Numbered from the stretch's first letter, positions 27,643 through 37,519 are shown. The stretch: 64,000 bases of DNA from a bacterium (GCA_963661975.1 CAVLDN010000004.1:5045-69044), one strand, 5' to 3'. Made by a program: numbers and translations. The notes: generated from the letters alone by a model not told the origin.

Positions 27643-28923
27643 TCAGCTTTTGAATTTTGACGATTTTTTGTTGTCTTTCAGCCTTTTGAACGAACAGGTG
27701 AAAACAGTACCGGTTTCCTCACTGCTCGATACCGAAATGCGTCCTTCATTGGTTTCTATGATTCTCTTTGCGATGGAAAGCCCCAGGCCGTTTCCTCCGC
27801 GCTCACGTGAGCGCGATGTGTCCACACGGTAAAACCGTTCGAACAGATGCGGCAGACTTTCTTTGGGTATCGGTTCACCGGTGTTGAAGACCGAAATAAT
27901 CGCTCTTTCATCTGCGGAATAAACCTTAAAGCTGATTCTGCCGCCATCGCTTGAATACTTGACGGCGTTGTCAAGCAATATACCGATGAGCTGTTTTATC
28001 ATGGCAATATTGCATCTGATGTAAATATCGGGTTCTATATCGATATCGTAGGTTTTCCCGTTTTCGAAGCAAATGCTTTCGAACGGCAGAGCCGCTTCAA
28101 ATGCACACGCGGAAAGATCGGCGTTCTCTGTTTCGACCTTTGCGTTTTCGTCCTCATCGCTGCGGGCGAGATAAAGCATTGTCGTTATCAGTTCGGACAT
28201 CCTCGCGGTTTCATCCTTGATGTATGTCAGCCACTTTTTCTGCTGTGTTACGGTCGCATCGGGGTTTGAAAGAACTATATCGGTGTTTGTTGATATGACC
28301 GTGATCGGAGTTTTTAACTCATGCGAGAGATCCGAAACAAGCTTGTGCTGTATATCGATCGACCTTTCGACAGGTTTTACTGCGGTGCCGGAGATGAAAA
28401 CGCTTATGGCGGTCAGCCCGAGAAGCGTTATTCCGCCGACAACGATAAATATTTCGGCAAGCCTCGCAAGGCTGTCGTCCTCATAGCTTCGGTCAAGCAG
28501 TACGATGCGTTTTCCGTAATCGGTGTCTACGGTATAGTATCTGAGATTATATGCTTCGAGGATCCCTTCGTTATCGCTCTTTTCATTGACCGCGCGTATG
28601 AGCAGCTTCACATAGTTTTTCTTTTCATCCGTTAAGTTTGCCGCATCGCCGAAGCCGTCGATATAACATACATTTCTCGCTTTATTGTATTCGATGATGT
28701 ATGTCGAAAGGTAGGGATAGCGATCCTGGCGTTCCTGGTCGGATTCGAAAAGATATTCAAGCCCGCCGTAGTTGCGGTCGGCAATATCGTGGAGCGCAGC
28801 GCTGCTCTTCTCGGCAAGGTCATTCTTTGTATAGACATAGATAAAGCTGGATGCGGCAAGAATGACAAGGGTAACAAGGAGAACATTCGTCGCTATGAAT
28901 TTCAGGCGTAAACGCTTGATCAA
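27643..28923 (-). CDS. two-component sensor histidine kinase
   Basis: Two TM helices flank a ~130-aa extracytoplasmic domain. H-box LSHELKTPIT. HATPase N/G boxes (LLDNAVKYS, GGNGLGLSIA). Confidence 0.9.
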   Translation of the reverse strand: MIKRLRLKFIATNVLLVTLVILAASSFIYVYTKNDLAEKSSAALHDIADRNYGGLEYLFESDQERQDRYPYLSTYIIEYNKARNVCYIDGFGDAANLTDEKKNYVKLLIRAVNEKSDNEGILEAYNLRYYTVDTDYGKRIVLLDRSYEDDSLARLAEIFIVVGGITLLGLTAISVFISGTAVKPVERSIDIQHKLVSDLSHELKTPITVISTNTDIVLSNPDATVTQQKKWLTYIKDETARMSELITTMLYLARSDEDENAKVETENADLSACAFEAALPFESICFENGKTYDIDIEPDIYIRCNIAMIKQLIGILLDNAVKYSSDGGRISFKVYSADERAIISVFNTGEPIPKESLPHLFERFYRVDTSRSRERGGNGLGLSIAKRIIETNEGRISVSSSEETGTVFTCSFKRLKDNKKSSKFKS

Positions 28924-28929
28924 TTATAA

Positions 28930-29604
28930 TCACCCCTGTGCAACTAAATGATAGCCGATTTTACGTACAGTCGCGATAGCGACTTCCGATTTGAGGAACT
29001 GAAGCTTTTTGCGAAGGAAGGAAATATATACTTCCACATTGTTGTCCTCGGCTTCGGAAAGATAGCCCCAAACCTTCGTGATGATATCATCCTTCGAAAA
29101 TACCTGGTTCGGATTCGACATGAACAGCTTGAGTATTTCGAACTCCTTATATCCGATATGAATGGATTTCCCGTTGCAGGAAAGCGTATAGGCATTCAGA
29201 TCGAGCAGCAGGTCTCCGAATTTCAGCTCATCGATGATCACATCGCCGGTTCTTCTCGAAAGAGCGCGTACACGCGCAAGCAATTCATCCTTGGAAAACG
29301 GCTTTGTCAGATAGTCATCCGCACCGTAATCCAGCCCCTTTACTTTATCACTAACTTCATCGCGCGCGGTAAGCAAAAGAATAGGAGTATTGATCTTTTC
29401 GCTGCGGAGCTTTTTGAGTATTTCAAAGCCGTTCAGCATCGGCAGCATAATGTCGAGTACAATAACATCGTATATACCGGATTCGGCATAGGCAAGCCCG
29501 TCCGCTCCGTTATAAACCGCATCGCAGGTATATTTTTGCGATTCGAATATTTCCTTGATACTGTCTGCAAGACGGCGTTCGTCATCGACAACGAGTATAT
29601 TCAT
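28930..29604 (-). CDS. OmpR/PhoB-family response regulator
   Basis: Receiver domain (ILVVDDE, DVIVLDIMLP, LLLTAR, DDYLTKPF) plus a winged-helix C-terminus (TVRKIGY). Confidence 0.9.
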   Translation of the reverse strand: MNILVVDDERRLADSIKEIFESQKYTCDAVYNGADGLAYAESGIYDVIVLDIMLPMLNGFEILKKLRSEKINTPILLLTARDEVSDKVKGLDYGADDYLTKPFSKDELLARVRALSRRTGDVIIDELKFGDLLLDLNAYTLSCNGKSIHIGYKEFEILKLFMSNPNQVFSKDDIITKVWGYLSEAEDNNVEVYISFLRKKLQFLKSEVAIATVRKIGYHLVAQG

Positions 29605-29656
29605 TATTTTCGCACCTCCCGGATACTATTATTGTGCTCATACTTAAATACTACTT

Positions 29657-29683
29657 AAAAACGGCGGTTTTTGCCGCCGTTTT
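29657..29683 (-). terminator. rho-independent terminator downstream of the 29687-30733 gene
   Basis: ACGGCGG-tttttg-CCGCCGT with flanking A/T runs. It separates the membrane-protein gene from the two-component genes. Confidence 0.7.
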
Positions 29684-29686
29684 AAT

Positions 29687-30733
29687 TTATTTCACAGTCA
29701 GCGTTTCGATGATCAGCGGTTCCTTTTTCGATTTCGCGGAGTCACGGAGCGAAAGAAGAAAGATAGCGGCGCCGACACAGGCGAACATCAGGCTGATTAT
29801 CAGAAGCTTATAAAACACATCGGACGGACTTGTGAATTTGTCCGCAATGTCATCCGGAACGGTATTGCGCAGGTGGATAAGCCAAAATGCCTTCTCACCG
29901 AGAACATTCAGAGAAAAACCGTTTTTGACGACATATTCGAAAACGACGCCAAGATACTGTCCGACGGCGGTAACGATTATCGAAACGGCGGGAATGGTTA
30001 TATAGGCAGTCGGTGAGATCTTTTTGCAGAACAGACGATAGCCGATATATGCAAGTAACGAAACAAGAAAACCGGCAGCGCAGAAGATATAGCGTATTTC
30101 ATTGAGCTTTACATTGGCAAATGCGGGGGATACCCAATAGTAAAGTGCGAAATAAACAAACAGACCGATAAGAGAAAACACAATTGCACCGAACACGCCT
30201 TTGACAACCGAGCCGCCGGCAGCCGCTGCGGCTGCTTCGGGTTCCTTATTGTACTCTTCGAGCGCTTCAATGGCGCAATGCTCGCACATAAGGCTGTTTT
30301 CATATCCGTTTGTGACTTTTTTGGGTTTTCTGCTTCCGAATTTGTTCCCGCAGACAGAGCAATAATCGCTGCCGCGAATGCCGGCCTGCGTAAGCTGCGC
30401 TATGCAGGAATCGAGTAGGCGGAGGAAATCGGTATCCGAGCCTTTGAAGGAAACGCGCAGACCGTCGTCCTCAATCGAATATTCGTGGAGAGAATATTGG
30501 TCAGCGATTTCGGAAAAAGATTCGGAAAAAGCATACTTGCCGACGGCATTTTCCGGGTTTTCGGAAAATCTGAAGTTAAAGTACGTATTGATCCTTCCGG
30601 CTGATTCATAGACTGTGGTAAGGTAATCGCCGTATATCGCATACGCGTATGATTTGCCGCTTGCGGCATTTTCGGAATAAGTGAACCCTGCCGCTTCGAG
30701 CGCATCGAGTAGATTTTTTGATATCATAAGCAC
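29687..30733 (-). CDS. hypothetical protein: cytoplasmic N-domain + zinc-ribbon (CxxC...CxxC) + ~5 TM helices
   Basis: CSVCGNKF...MCEHC pair of CxxC motifs, a poly-Ala linker, then multiple hydrophobic helices. No family recognised. Confidence 0.55.
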   Translation of the reverse strand: MLMISKNLLDALEAAGFTYSENAASGKSYAYAIYGDYLTTVYESAGRINTYFNFRFSENPENAVGKYAFSESFSEIADQYSLHEYSIEDDGLRVSFKGSDTDFLRLLDSCIAQLTQAGIRGSDYCSVCGNKFGSRKPKKVTNGYENSLMCEHCAIEALEEYNKEPEAAAAAAGGSVVKGVFGAIVFSLIGLFVYFALYYWVSPAFANVKLNEIRYIFCAAGFLVSLLAYIGYRLFCKKISPTAYITIPAVSIIVTAVGQYLGVVFEYVVKNGFSLNVLGEKAFWLIHLRNTVPDDIADKFTSPSDVFYKLLIISLMFACVGAAIFLLSLRDSAKSKKEPLIIETLTVK

Positions 30734-31103
30734 ACTCCCGAGTATATATACAGGCAGTATAACACCGACAACTGCCGAAATGGTTAATTTTATGTTAACA
30801 ATAGATGTTCACATGAATATATCGGCACATGAGACGAGCGCAAAACAGAGGACATACCGATATGTCCCGCTCCGGAGTAGAATACCGCCGGATACGGCAG
30901 TTTTTCGCGGCGCGGAAAACACATTTTTCAGTGAACGTAGAAGCTGTTCGAATTCGCCCGCGGCGCCGTCGACGATGCCGCGGGCGACACACATGATAAC
31001 CGTTACGATACCCACATGAAAGCTCTTCATAAATAATTGAATAAAACGCATCTTTATGCAGTACTCCCTTGATGTAAAAAATGATGAAATGTAGCGAAAA
31101 CCC

Positions 31104-31132
31104 TTGACAAATCGGGGGTTTCTTTGTATGAT
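31104..31132 (+). promoter_or_regulatory. sigA-type promoter of potABCD
   Basis: TTGACA-17 nt-TATGAT, located 36 nt upstream of the TTG start at 31168. Confidence 0.7.
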
Positions 31133-31167
31133 GACTTCATACTATTATATGATAACGGAGATAAGAA

Positions 31168-32298
31168 TTGAACAAGACCGAACAAAACGTACTTGTACGT
31201 CTTCAAAACATTTCCGTCAGGTTTGACGACGATCAGATTCTTAATGACCTTTCCCTTGATATACGGGAAAAGGAATTCATCACGCTTTTGGGGCCTTCCG
31301 GATGCGGGAAGACCACGACATTGCGCATACTGGGCGGCTTTGTTACGCCCGACAGCGGTGATGTTATTTTTGACGGTAAACGTATAAACGACGTTCCTCC
31401 GTATCAGAGACAGATCAACACCATTTTTCAGAAATATGCGCTTTTTCCGCACCTTAATGTATACGAAAATGTCGCCTTCGGGCTTCGTGTACAGAAAAAG
31501 TCGGAGCAGGAGATCCGCCGCACCGTGGATGAAATGCTCGGGCTTGTCAATCTGCGCGGATTTGAAAAGCGCGATATAAATTCGTTGAGCGGCGGTCAGC
31601 AGCAGCGTGTTGCCATTGCCCGCGCTATAGTCAACCGTCCCAAAGTACTTCTTCTTGACGAGCCTCTTGCCGCACTCGATGCAAAGCTTCGCAAGGATAT
31701 GCAGAACGAACTCAAGCGTATTCAGCGTCAGCTGGGTATAACCTTTATTTTTGTCACTCACGATCAGGAAGAAGCCCTCTCCATGTCCGATACAGTTGTT
31801 GTTATGAACGAGGGCCGTATTCAGCAGATCGGATCTCCCGCGGATATATACAACGAGCCCGAAAATGCTTTTGTTGCCGATTTTATCGGTGAATCAAATA
31901 TTATCGACGGCATAATGAATGCCGATTTTTCGGTGCGGCTTGACGGTAGGGATTTCGTCTGCCTTGACAAAGGCTTTGCGCCGTCCGAACCGGTCGATGT
32001 TGTCATTCGTCCGGAGGATGTCGATATCGTGCCGCTCGAAAAGGGAATGCTTTCCGGTCTTGTTACCTCGATAACCTTCAAGGGCGATTATTATGAAATG
32101 ATAATCGATGTCTGCGGGTTCAAATGGATGGTTCAGGCTACCGATGAGGTCAAGGTCGGTACCGAAGTCGGTCTGATTATCGAGCCGGATGCGATCCATG
32201 TCATGAAGAAATCCAAGTATTCCGACCTTTACGGCGATTACTCCACATTCTCGGATGAAATGGATAACGAGGAGCCGGAATCGGAGGCGGAGGAATGA
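31168..32298 (+). CDS. potA: spermidine/putrescine ABC transporter ATP-binding protein
   Basis: TTG start with a GGAGA RBS. Walker [25 protein letters not shown], and a C-terminal TOBE domain. Confidence 0.85.
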   Translation: MNKTEQNVLVRLQNISVRFDDDQILNDLSLDIREKEFITLLGPSGCGKTTTLRILGGFVTPDSGDVIFDGKRINDVPPYQRQINTIFQKYALFPHLNVYENVAFGLRVQKKSEQEIRRTVDEMLGLVNLRGFEKRDINSLSGGQQQRVAIARAIVNRPKVLLLDEPLAALDAKLRKDMQNELKRIQRQLGITFIFVTHDQEEALSMSDTVVVMNEGRIQQIGSPADIYNEPENAFVADFIGESNIIDGIMNADFSVRLDGRDFVCLDKGFAPSEPVDVVIRPEDVDIVPLEKGMLSGLVTSITFKGDYYEMIIDVCGFKWMVQATDEVKVGTEVGLIIEPDAIHVMKKSKYSDLYGDYSTFSDEMDNEEPESEAEE

Positions 32299-33131
32299 AG
32301 AAGAACAATCGCCCCGGATTTTGGGAAAGGATGGCAATAGTACCTCACACCGTTTGGGTGGTGCTGTTTATTGCCGCGCCGCTTCTCTTCGTTGTATACT
32401 ATGCCTTTACCGACAAAAACGGCAATTTCACATTCGATAACATTGCATCGCTTTCGTTTTACGGCGAAACATTTCTCATGTCGATAAGCTTTTCGCTTAT
32501 AGCCACTGCCGTGTGCCTTCTCATCGGGTATCCGCTTGCATACTTTATGTCCAAAACCAAGCCGAAAGTTCAGATGGCACTGATGCTCCTTATTATGCTT
32601 CCCATGTGGGTGAGCCTGCTTATAAGAACATATTCGCTTATGGCGCTTCTCGATAACGGCGGGATAATAAGCACCTTTATACAGAGCCTCGGGTTTAAAA
32701 AGCTTACATTTATCGGAACCGATGGAGCCGTAATACTCGGCATGATATATGATTTTCTGCCTTATATGGTGCTTCCGATATTCACCTCGATGACGAAGAT
32801 CGACCGCTCGCTCTGCGAAGCGGCAATGGATCTCGGCTGCAGCAATTTCAAGGTTATCACGCGCGTAATAATGCCGCTCACCGTTTCCGGCGTGGTTTCA
32901 GGCATTACGATGGTGTTTGTCCCCTCGATTTCCACGTTCTATATTTCGCAGAAATTGGGCGGCGGCAAGCTCGATCTTATCGGCGATACCATCGAACGCC
33001 AGTTCCAGAACAGCTCAACATATCATGTCGGCGCGGCGATATCGCTTGTAATGATGATACTTATACTCATCTCGCTTACCGTCATGAACAGATTCTCGGA
33101 TGATGCTGAAGACAGGGGGATGATCGTATGA
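32295..33131 (+). CDS. potB: spermidine/putrescine ABC transporter permease
   Basis: ATGA overlap with potA. Six TM segments and the EAA loop ([14 protein letters not shown]). Confidence 0.8.
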   Translation: MKKNNRPGFWERMAIVPHTVWVVLFIAAPLLFVVYYAFTDKNGNFTFDNIASLSFYGETFLMSISFSLIATAVCLLIGYPLAYFMSKTKPKVQMALMLLIMLPMWVSLLIRTYSLMALLDNGGIISTFIQSLGFKKLTFIGTDGAVILGMIYDFLPYMVLPIFTSMTKIDRSLCEAAMDLGCSNFKVITRVIMPLTVSGVVSGITMVFVPSISTFYISQKLGGGKLDLIGDTIERQFQNSSTYHVGAAISLVMMILILISLTVMNRFSDDAEDRGMIV

Positions 33132-33931
33132 AATTCCTTTCGAAATTCTACATTGCCTTCGTTTTCATACTGCTTTACGCTCCGATAATAGTTCTTGTGC
33201 TGTTTTCGTTCAACGAATCCGGGAGTCTTTCCGATTTCACCGGGTTTTCCACAAAGTGGTATGAAGAACTCATGCAGGATTCCGTTGCCTTCGGCGCGCT
33301 GCGCAATTCGTTGCTGCTTGCGGTGCTTTCATCTGTTTTTGCAACGGTTATCGGCACACTTGCGGCGCTTGGAATCGATCGTATGCGCGGGCGTTATCTA
33401 AAAGGGATGATCCGTTCCGTGACGAATGTGCCCATGATGAACCCCGATATTGTCACCGGTGTTTCCATGATGCTGCTTTTCGTGGCAAGTATTCGTATCG
33501 CGGGGATAGGTCAGCTCGGCTTCGGCACAATGCTTATTGCCCATACGACATTCAATTTACCTTATGTTATTCTTTCGGTGCTCCCGAAGTTCCAGACACT
33601 TGACAGAACTCTTTGCGAAGCGGCAATGGACCTCGGTTGCACGCCCGTAAGAACATTTTTCCGCATTGAGATACCCGCAGTCATGCCCGGCATAATTTCC
33701 GGGCTGATACTCGGCTTTACGCTTTCGCTCGATGACTTTGTCATCTCTCACTTTGTTTCATCGCCCGATTTCATGACATTACCCCTCTACATCTACAATC
33801 AGACGGCACATGATGTCAAATTCAGTATGTATGCATTGTGTACGATAATCATCATCGTGATACTTGCACTTTTGATGGCGATAAACTTTATCGGCCCCAA
33901 CCGTAAAAAGAAAAAGGCGGTGGCAAAATGA
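33128..33931 (+). CDS. potC: spermidine/putrescine ABC transporter permease
   Basis: ATGA overlap with potB. EAA loop [15 protein letters not shown]. Confidence 0.8.
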   Translation: MKFLSKFYIAFVFILLYAPIIVLVLFSFNESGSLSDFTGFSTKWYEELMQDSVAFGALRNSLLLAVLSSVFATVIGTLAALGIDRMRGRYLKGMIRSVTNVPMMNPDIVTGVSMMLLFVASIRIAGIGQLGFGTMLIAHTTFNLPYVILSVLPKFQTLDRTLCEAAMDLGCTPVRTFFRIEIPAVMPGIISGLILGFTLSLDDFVISHFVSSPDFMTLPLYIYNQTAHDVKFSMYALCTIIIIVILALLMAINFIGPNRKKKKAVAK

Positions 33932-35211
33932 ATTACAGGATCATCGCTTTGCTTTTATCGCTTGTGCTTTGTCTTTGCCTGTTTTCCTGCGGTGATAACT
34001 CGGATACGACGGTCGATGATATCATATCCGTGAGCGGGGATACAGTTACGATTTACGTGTATAACTGGGGTGAATACATTTCGGACGGCAGCGAGGATTC
34101 ACTTGACTCCAATGCCGAATTCGAGAAGTATTTCAATGAGAACCTTGCCTCCGAGTACGGTCACAAGATCAAGGTGAATTACTCTACATATTCCTCCAAC
34201 GAGGATATGTATGCAAAGGTTTCTTCCGGCGCGGTTGCGTATGATGTCATAATCCCTTCGGATTATATGATCGAGCGCATGATAAAAGAAGGTCTTTTGC
34301 GCAAGCTCAACTTTGATAATATTCCCAATTCGAAGTATATCGAGGAAGACTTCCGTAATCTCGAATACGATCCGACAAACGAATATTCCATTCCGTATTC
34401 CTACGGCATGGTTGGTGTCATTTACAACACCTCTATCGTTTCGGAGGATGATCCGGATATAGGCAGCTGGGATCTGATGTTCAACCCCGAATCCGCATAC
34501 AAGGGCGACATTCTCCAGTTTAATAATTCCCGCGATGCGTTCGGAACGGCTCTTTACAAGCTCGGCTTTGATGTGAATGATACAACGCGTGCCAACTGGG
34601 AGGCGGCGCTTGAGCTTCTGAAGCGGCAGAAGAGTATTGTCCAGGGCTATGTAATGGATGAGATTTACAATAAGATGGAAAGCGGCTCCGCCGCAATCGC
34701 CGCATATTATGCGGGAGATTTTCTCACCATGTATGAGGATAATGAGGATCTTGAGTTCTTTTATCCGAGCGAAGGGACGAACTATTATATCGATGCCTTC
34801 TGTGTTCCGTACAACAGCAAAAACCCGACTCTTGCGGAGGAGTATATAAACTTCATGCTTTCTGAGGAGCCCGCCGTTGCCAATGCGGAATACACGTATT
34901 ACGCTTCGCCGAACTCGCTAGTAGTTGAAAGCGAGGAATATCAGGAGTACCTTTCCGAGATAAAGGATAACGCATACGATATTCTTTATAACGGCATAAC
35001 CGACGGATATTATATATCCGCATACCGCAACCTCGATGATGACGGTCTGCAAATGATGAACGACTTATGGGAAGAGCTGAAGGTCGAAAGCCCGGTAAGC
35101 ACCACCATATTCTTTATATGCGGGATCATTATCGCAACTGTTGCCGGATTTACCGTTGGATTTGCGATACGCCGTAAAAAGCGTGCAATAGTTACTCCGA
35201 ACATTAAATAA
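33928..35211 (+). CDS. potD: spermidine/putrescine-binding lipoprotein with an extra C-terminal TM anchor
   Basis: ATGA overlap with potC. Lipobox LFSCG, a PotD-like body (VYNWGEYI, IIPSDYM), and a C-terminal TIFFICGIIIATVAGFTVGFAIRRKKR. Confidence 0.8.
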   Translation: MNYRIIALLLSLVLCLCLFSCGDNSDTTVDDIISVSGDTVTIYVYNWGEYISDGSEDSLDSNAEFEKYFNENLASEYGHKIKVNYSTYSSNEDMYAKVSSGAVAYDVIIPSDYMIERMIKEGLLRKLNFDNIPNSKYIEEDFRNLEYDPTNEYSIPYSYGMVGVIYNTSIVSEDDPDIGSWDLMFNPESAYKGDILQFNNSRDAFGTALYKLGFDVNDTTRANWEAALELLKRQKSIVQGYVMDEIYNKMESGSAAIAAYYAGDFLTMYEDNEDLEFFYPSEGTNYYIDAFCVPYNSKNPTLAEEYINFMLSEEPAVANAEYTYYASPNSLVVESEEYQEYLSEIKDNAYDILYNGITDGYYISAYRNLDDDGLQMMNDLWEELKVESPVSTTIFFICGIIIATVAGFTVGFAIRRKKRAIVTPNIK

Positions 35212-35218
35212 AACAAAA

Positions 35219-35247
35219 ACGGGAGCGGCAATTGCTCCCGTTTTTTT
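35219..35247. terminator. bidirectional terminator between potD and rsmA
   Basis: ACGGGAGC-ggcaatt-GCTCCCGT with an A-run upstream and T7 downstream. Confidence 0.85.
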
Positions 35248-35248
35248 G

Positions 35249-36067
35249 CTATTTTATATTGTATATACAGTCTGCTATTTTTGCGTATTCGGCGATGCCG
35301 AGCTGCTCGCCGCGTACCGATTCCGGCAAGCCGCAGGAGCGCAGAGCCATACAGGCGGCTTCTTTATCGAGCTGAGGAAAGCAGGCGCACAGAGAGTTTG
35401 CAAGCGTTTTCCTGCGCTGAATAAACGCGGCGCGTATGACGGAAAAGAATATCTTTTTATCGTGAAACACAACCGGAGGTTCGGTGTACGGATCAAAGCG
35501 TATTACGGCGCTGTCCACCTTGGGCGGCGGATCAAATGAGCCTGCCCTTACGGTGAAAAGCCGTCTTACCTTTGCATAATAATTGATTGATGCGGTTATA
35601 GCTCCGTATCCTTCAGCGCCGGGGCGTGAGCAGAAACGCTCTGCGACTTCCTTCTGCACCATAACCGTGATGGTTTTGAAGCCGTATTCGCCTTCGAGCA
35701 GCTTCATAATTATGTCCGAGGTAATGTAATAGGGCAGATTGGCACATACGCAGACAGACATCCCTTGAAATTCGTTCTGCATAAGCGAAGCGATATCGGT
35801 TTTCAGTATATCTTCGTTTATCAGCGAGAAATTGGTGCAGTCGGCAAGCTTTTCGGGCAATATTTCTGCGAGTTCTCTGTCTATTTCAACCGAAACAACG
35901 CGTTTCGCGGCAGCGCAGAGCTCCCGCGTGAGTATCCCGAGACCCGGACCGATCTCTATGACTCCGTCTGCATCGCAGATTCCGCTTTCAGCGACAATGC
36001 GCTTCGGTATTGTGGCATTTGTCAGGAAATTCTGCCCGTATTGCTTTTTCTTTCTGAATTCCGCCAT
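35249..36067 (-). CDS. rsmA: 16S rRNA (adenine1518/1519-N6)-dimethyltransferase
   Basis: KKQYGQNFL N-terminus, SAM motif IEIGPGLG, and the ANLPYYITS motif. Confidence 0.9.
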   Translation of the reverse strand: MAEFRKKKQYGQNFLTNATIPKRIVAESGICDADGVIEIGPGLGILTRELCAAAKRVVSVEIDRELAEILPEKLADCTNFSLINEDILKTDIASLMQNEFQGMSVCVCANLPYYITSDIIMKLLEGEYGFKTITVMVQKEVAERFCSRPGAEGYGAITASINYYAKVRRLFTVRAGSFDPPPKVDSAVIRFDPYTEPPVVFHDKKIFFSVIRAAFIQRRKTLANSLCACFPQLDKEAACMALRSCGLPESVRGEQLGIAEYAKIADCIYNIK

Positions 36068-36624
36068 TACTCTTTATCGATCACGGTGATAAATTTTGCC
36101 GCGCCGCCGATTGCATACTGACCGTGGGGAATCGAAGGGTTGAAGTATATCGAATCACCCGCGGAAAGAATATGATCGCGTTCGCCGATAGTGACACCGA
36201 TTTTTCCCTCAAGTACATAATTGAATTCCTGACCGGAGTGCGAAACGAGCGGTGCGTGCTTTTCGGACGGGAAAAGCGTGACTACCATCGGCTCTTTTTC
36301 ACGACCGATAAAGTTGAATGCAAGCGATTCAAAGGAATAGCCCTCGAAGCGCTCGACTTTAACGCCTTTTCCCGCGCGTGTAATGCAATAATCTACCATA
36401 CGCGGCGCTTCGCCCGTAATTATCTCCGTTGGGTCGACACCCAGTGCGGAGGATACCTCGTAAATTATGCTGACGGGAATATCCATTTCGCCGTTTTCAT
36501 AGGAAAGATATTCCTCTGTGGGAATACCCGCCCTTTGTGCGATCTCGCTTGCGGGGATATCTATTGTCTCGCGAAGGTACTTTATCCGCTCGGAGATTTG
36601 TTTTATCTGTTCATTGACATTCAT
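36067..36624 (-). CDS. XRE-family HTH transcriptional regulator with C-terminal cupin domain (PuuR-like architecture)
   Basis: N-terminal HTH (IKYLRETIDIPASEIAQRAGI). C-terminal cupin (HSGQEFNYVLEG...GDSIYF). Its stop overlaps the rsmA start (TAATG). Confidence 0.75.
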   Translation of the reverse strand: MNVNEQIKQISERIKYLRETIDIPASEIAQRAGIPTEEYLSYENGEMDIPVSIIYEVSSALGVDPTEIITGEAPRMVDYCITRAGKGVKVERFEGYSFESLAFNFIGREKEPMVVTLFPSEKHAPLVSHSGQEFNYVLEGKIGVTIGERDHILSAGDSIYFNPSIPHGQYAIGGAAKFITVIDKE

Positions 36625-36658
36625 TTCGGGCTCCTTGGTTTTGATTGGTTATATTCTA

Positions 36659-37456
36659 TCACGGTGAAAGCAATAAATCAATATTATCAAGCACAAGCTT
36701 TTTGCCTTTATATGAAAAAGCATAGCGCGTAAATTCTTCGTCCGATAGCCCCTCGACAAATTCCTTGCTTATATGGTTCAAGCGTGTTTTTACAAAATAT
36801 GGTATTTCCGAAAGCTTTGCGGATTTGTTATAGGGGCATACATCCTGGCAGATATCGCATCCCCAGGCGATGCCGTGATGTTTCAGAATGGCGTTTTCTT
36901 CTTCGGTTCTGTTTTCCTTTTGCGATATACCGGAAAGGCACCCGTTTATATCTATCCCGTGCGGGAGAACGGCACCGTTGGGGCAGGCGTGCGCACATTT
37001 GCCGCAATCATTGCAGAACTCGATATCATGCGCGGGAATGTTGCATTCGATATCGGTTATGACGGAGCCGAGGAAAATATAGCTGCCGTAAACTTTGTCG
37101 ATAAGCAGAGAGTTGCGCCCTATGATCCCGAGCCCGCATTTTGCGGCGGCAAGCTTTTCGTTTATCGGGGAGTAATCCGAAAAACCGGTGCAGCGGCAGC
37201 CGAGACTGCGGATCTTCGGGACGATGCGCTCGAAAAGCGAACGATAAAAGCCGTGATAATCATAAATGCGGCAATACTCCGAAAACCCGTCTGTGCCTTT
37301 ATTTTTTGTCGTGCGGTAGGGAATACACATCATAATAACGCTTCTTGCATATTCCGGCAGGAGGCTTTTATTGATTATATCGCAATTTTCAATGGCAGTA
37401 ATGCCGACACGCATTATTCCTTCATCGGCAAGAATTTCGGATATTTTGTCGAGCAT
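36659..37456 (-). CDS. queG: epoxyqueuosine reductase-like 4Fe-4S protein (short QueG-type)
   Basis: Trimmed to ATG 37456 (GGAGG 9 nt upstream), because the longer ORF would run through the rpsR terminator. Cluster motifs CNDCGKCAHACP and WGCDICQDVCPYN. Confidence 0.6.
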   Translation of the reverse strand: MLDKISEILADEGIMRVGITAIENCDIINKSLLPEYARSVIMMCIPYRTTKNKGTDGFSEYCRIYDYHGFYRSLFERIVPKIRSLGCRCTGFSDYSPINEKLAAAKCGLGIIGRNSLLIDKVYGSYIFLGSVITDIECNIPAHDIEFCNDCGKCAHACPNGAVLPHGIDINGCLSGISQKENRTEEENAILKHHGIAWGCDICQDVCPYNKSAKLSEIPYFVKTRLNHISKEFVEGLSDEEFTRYAFSYKGKKLVLDNIDLLLSP

Positions 37457-37471
37457 CGAGCGTTTCCTCCG

Positions 37472-37504
37472 AAAAAAATCGGGCAGGCGGATCACCGCCT
37501 GCCC
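37472..37504 (-). terminator. rho-independent terminator of rpsF-ssb-rpsR
   Basis: GGGCAGGCGG-tgat-CCGCCTGCCC on the minus strand, followed by GATTTTTTT. Confidence 0.85.
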
Positions 37505-37519
37505 GTGAATACACCCGAC

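Noticed and set aside
30681-31051. ORFs of 112 aa (+, 30681-31019) and 80 aa (-, 30809-31051) in the gap upstream of potA.
   Set aside because: No credible RBS and no recognisable motifs, and the two ORFs overlap each other. The region is kept as a noncoding or decayed-gene observation instead.
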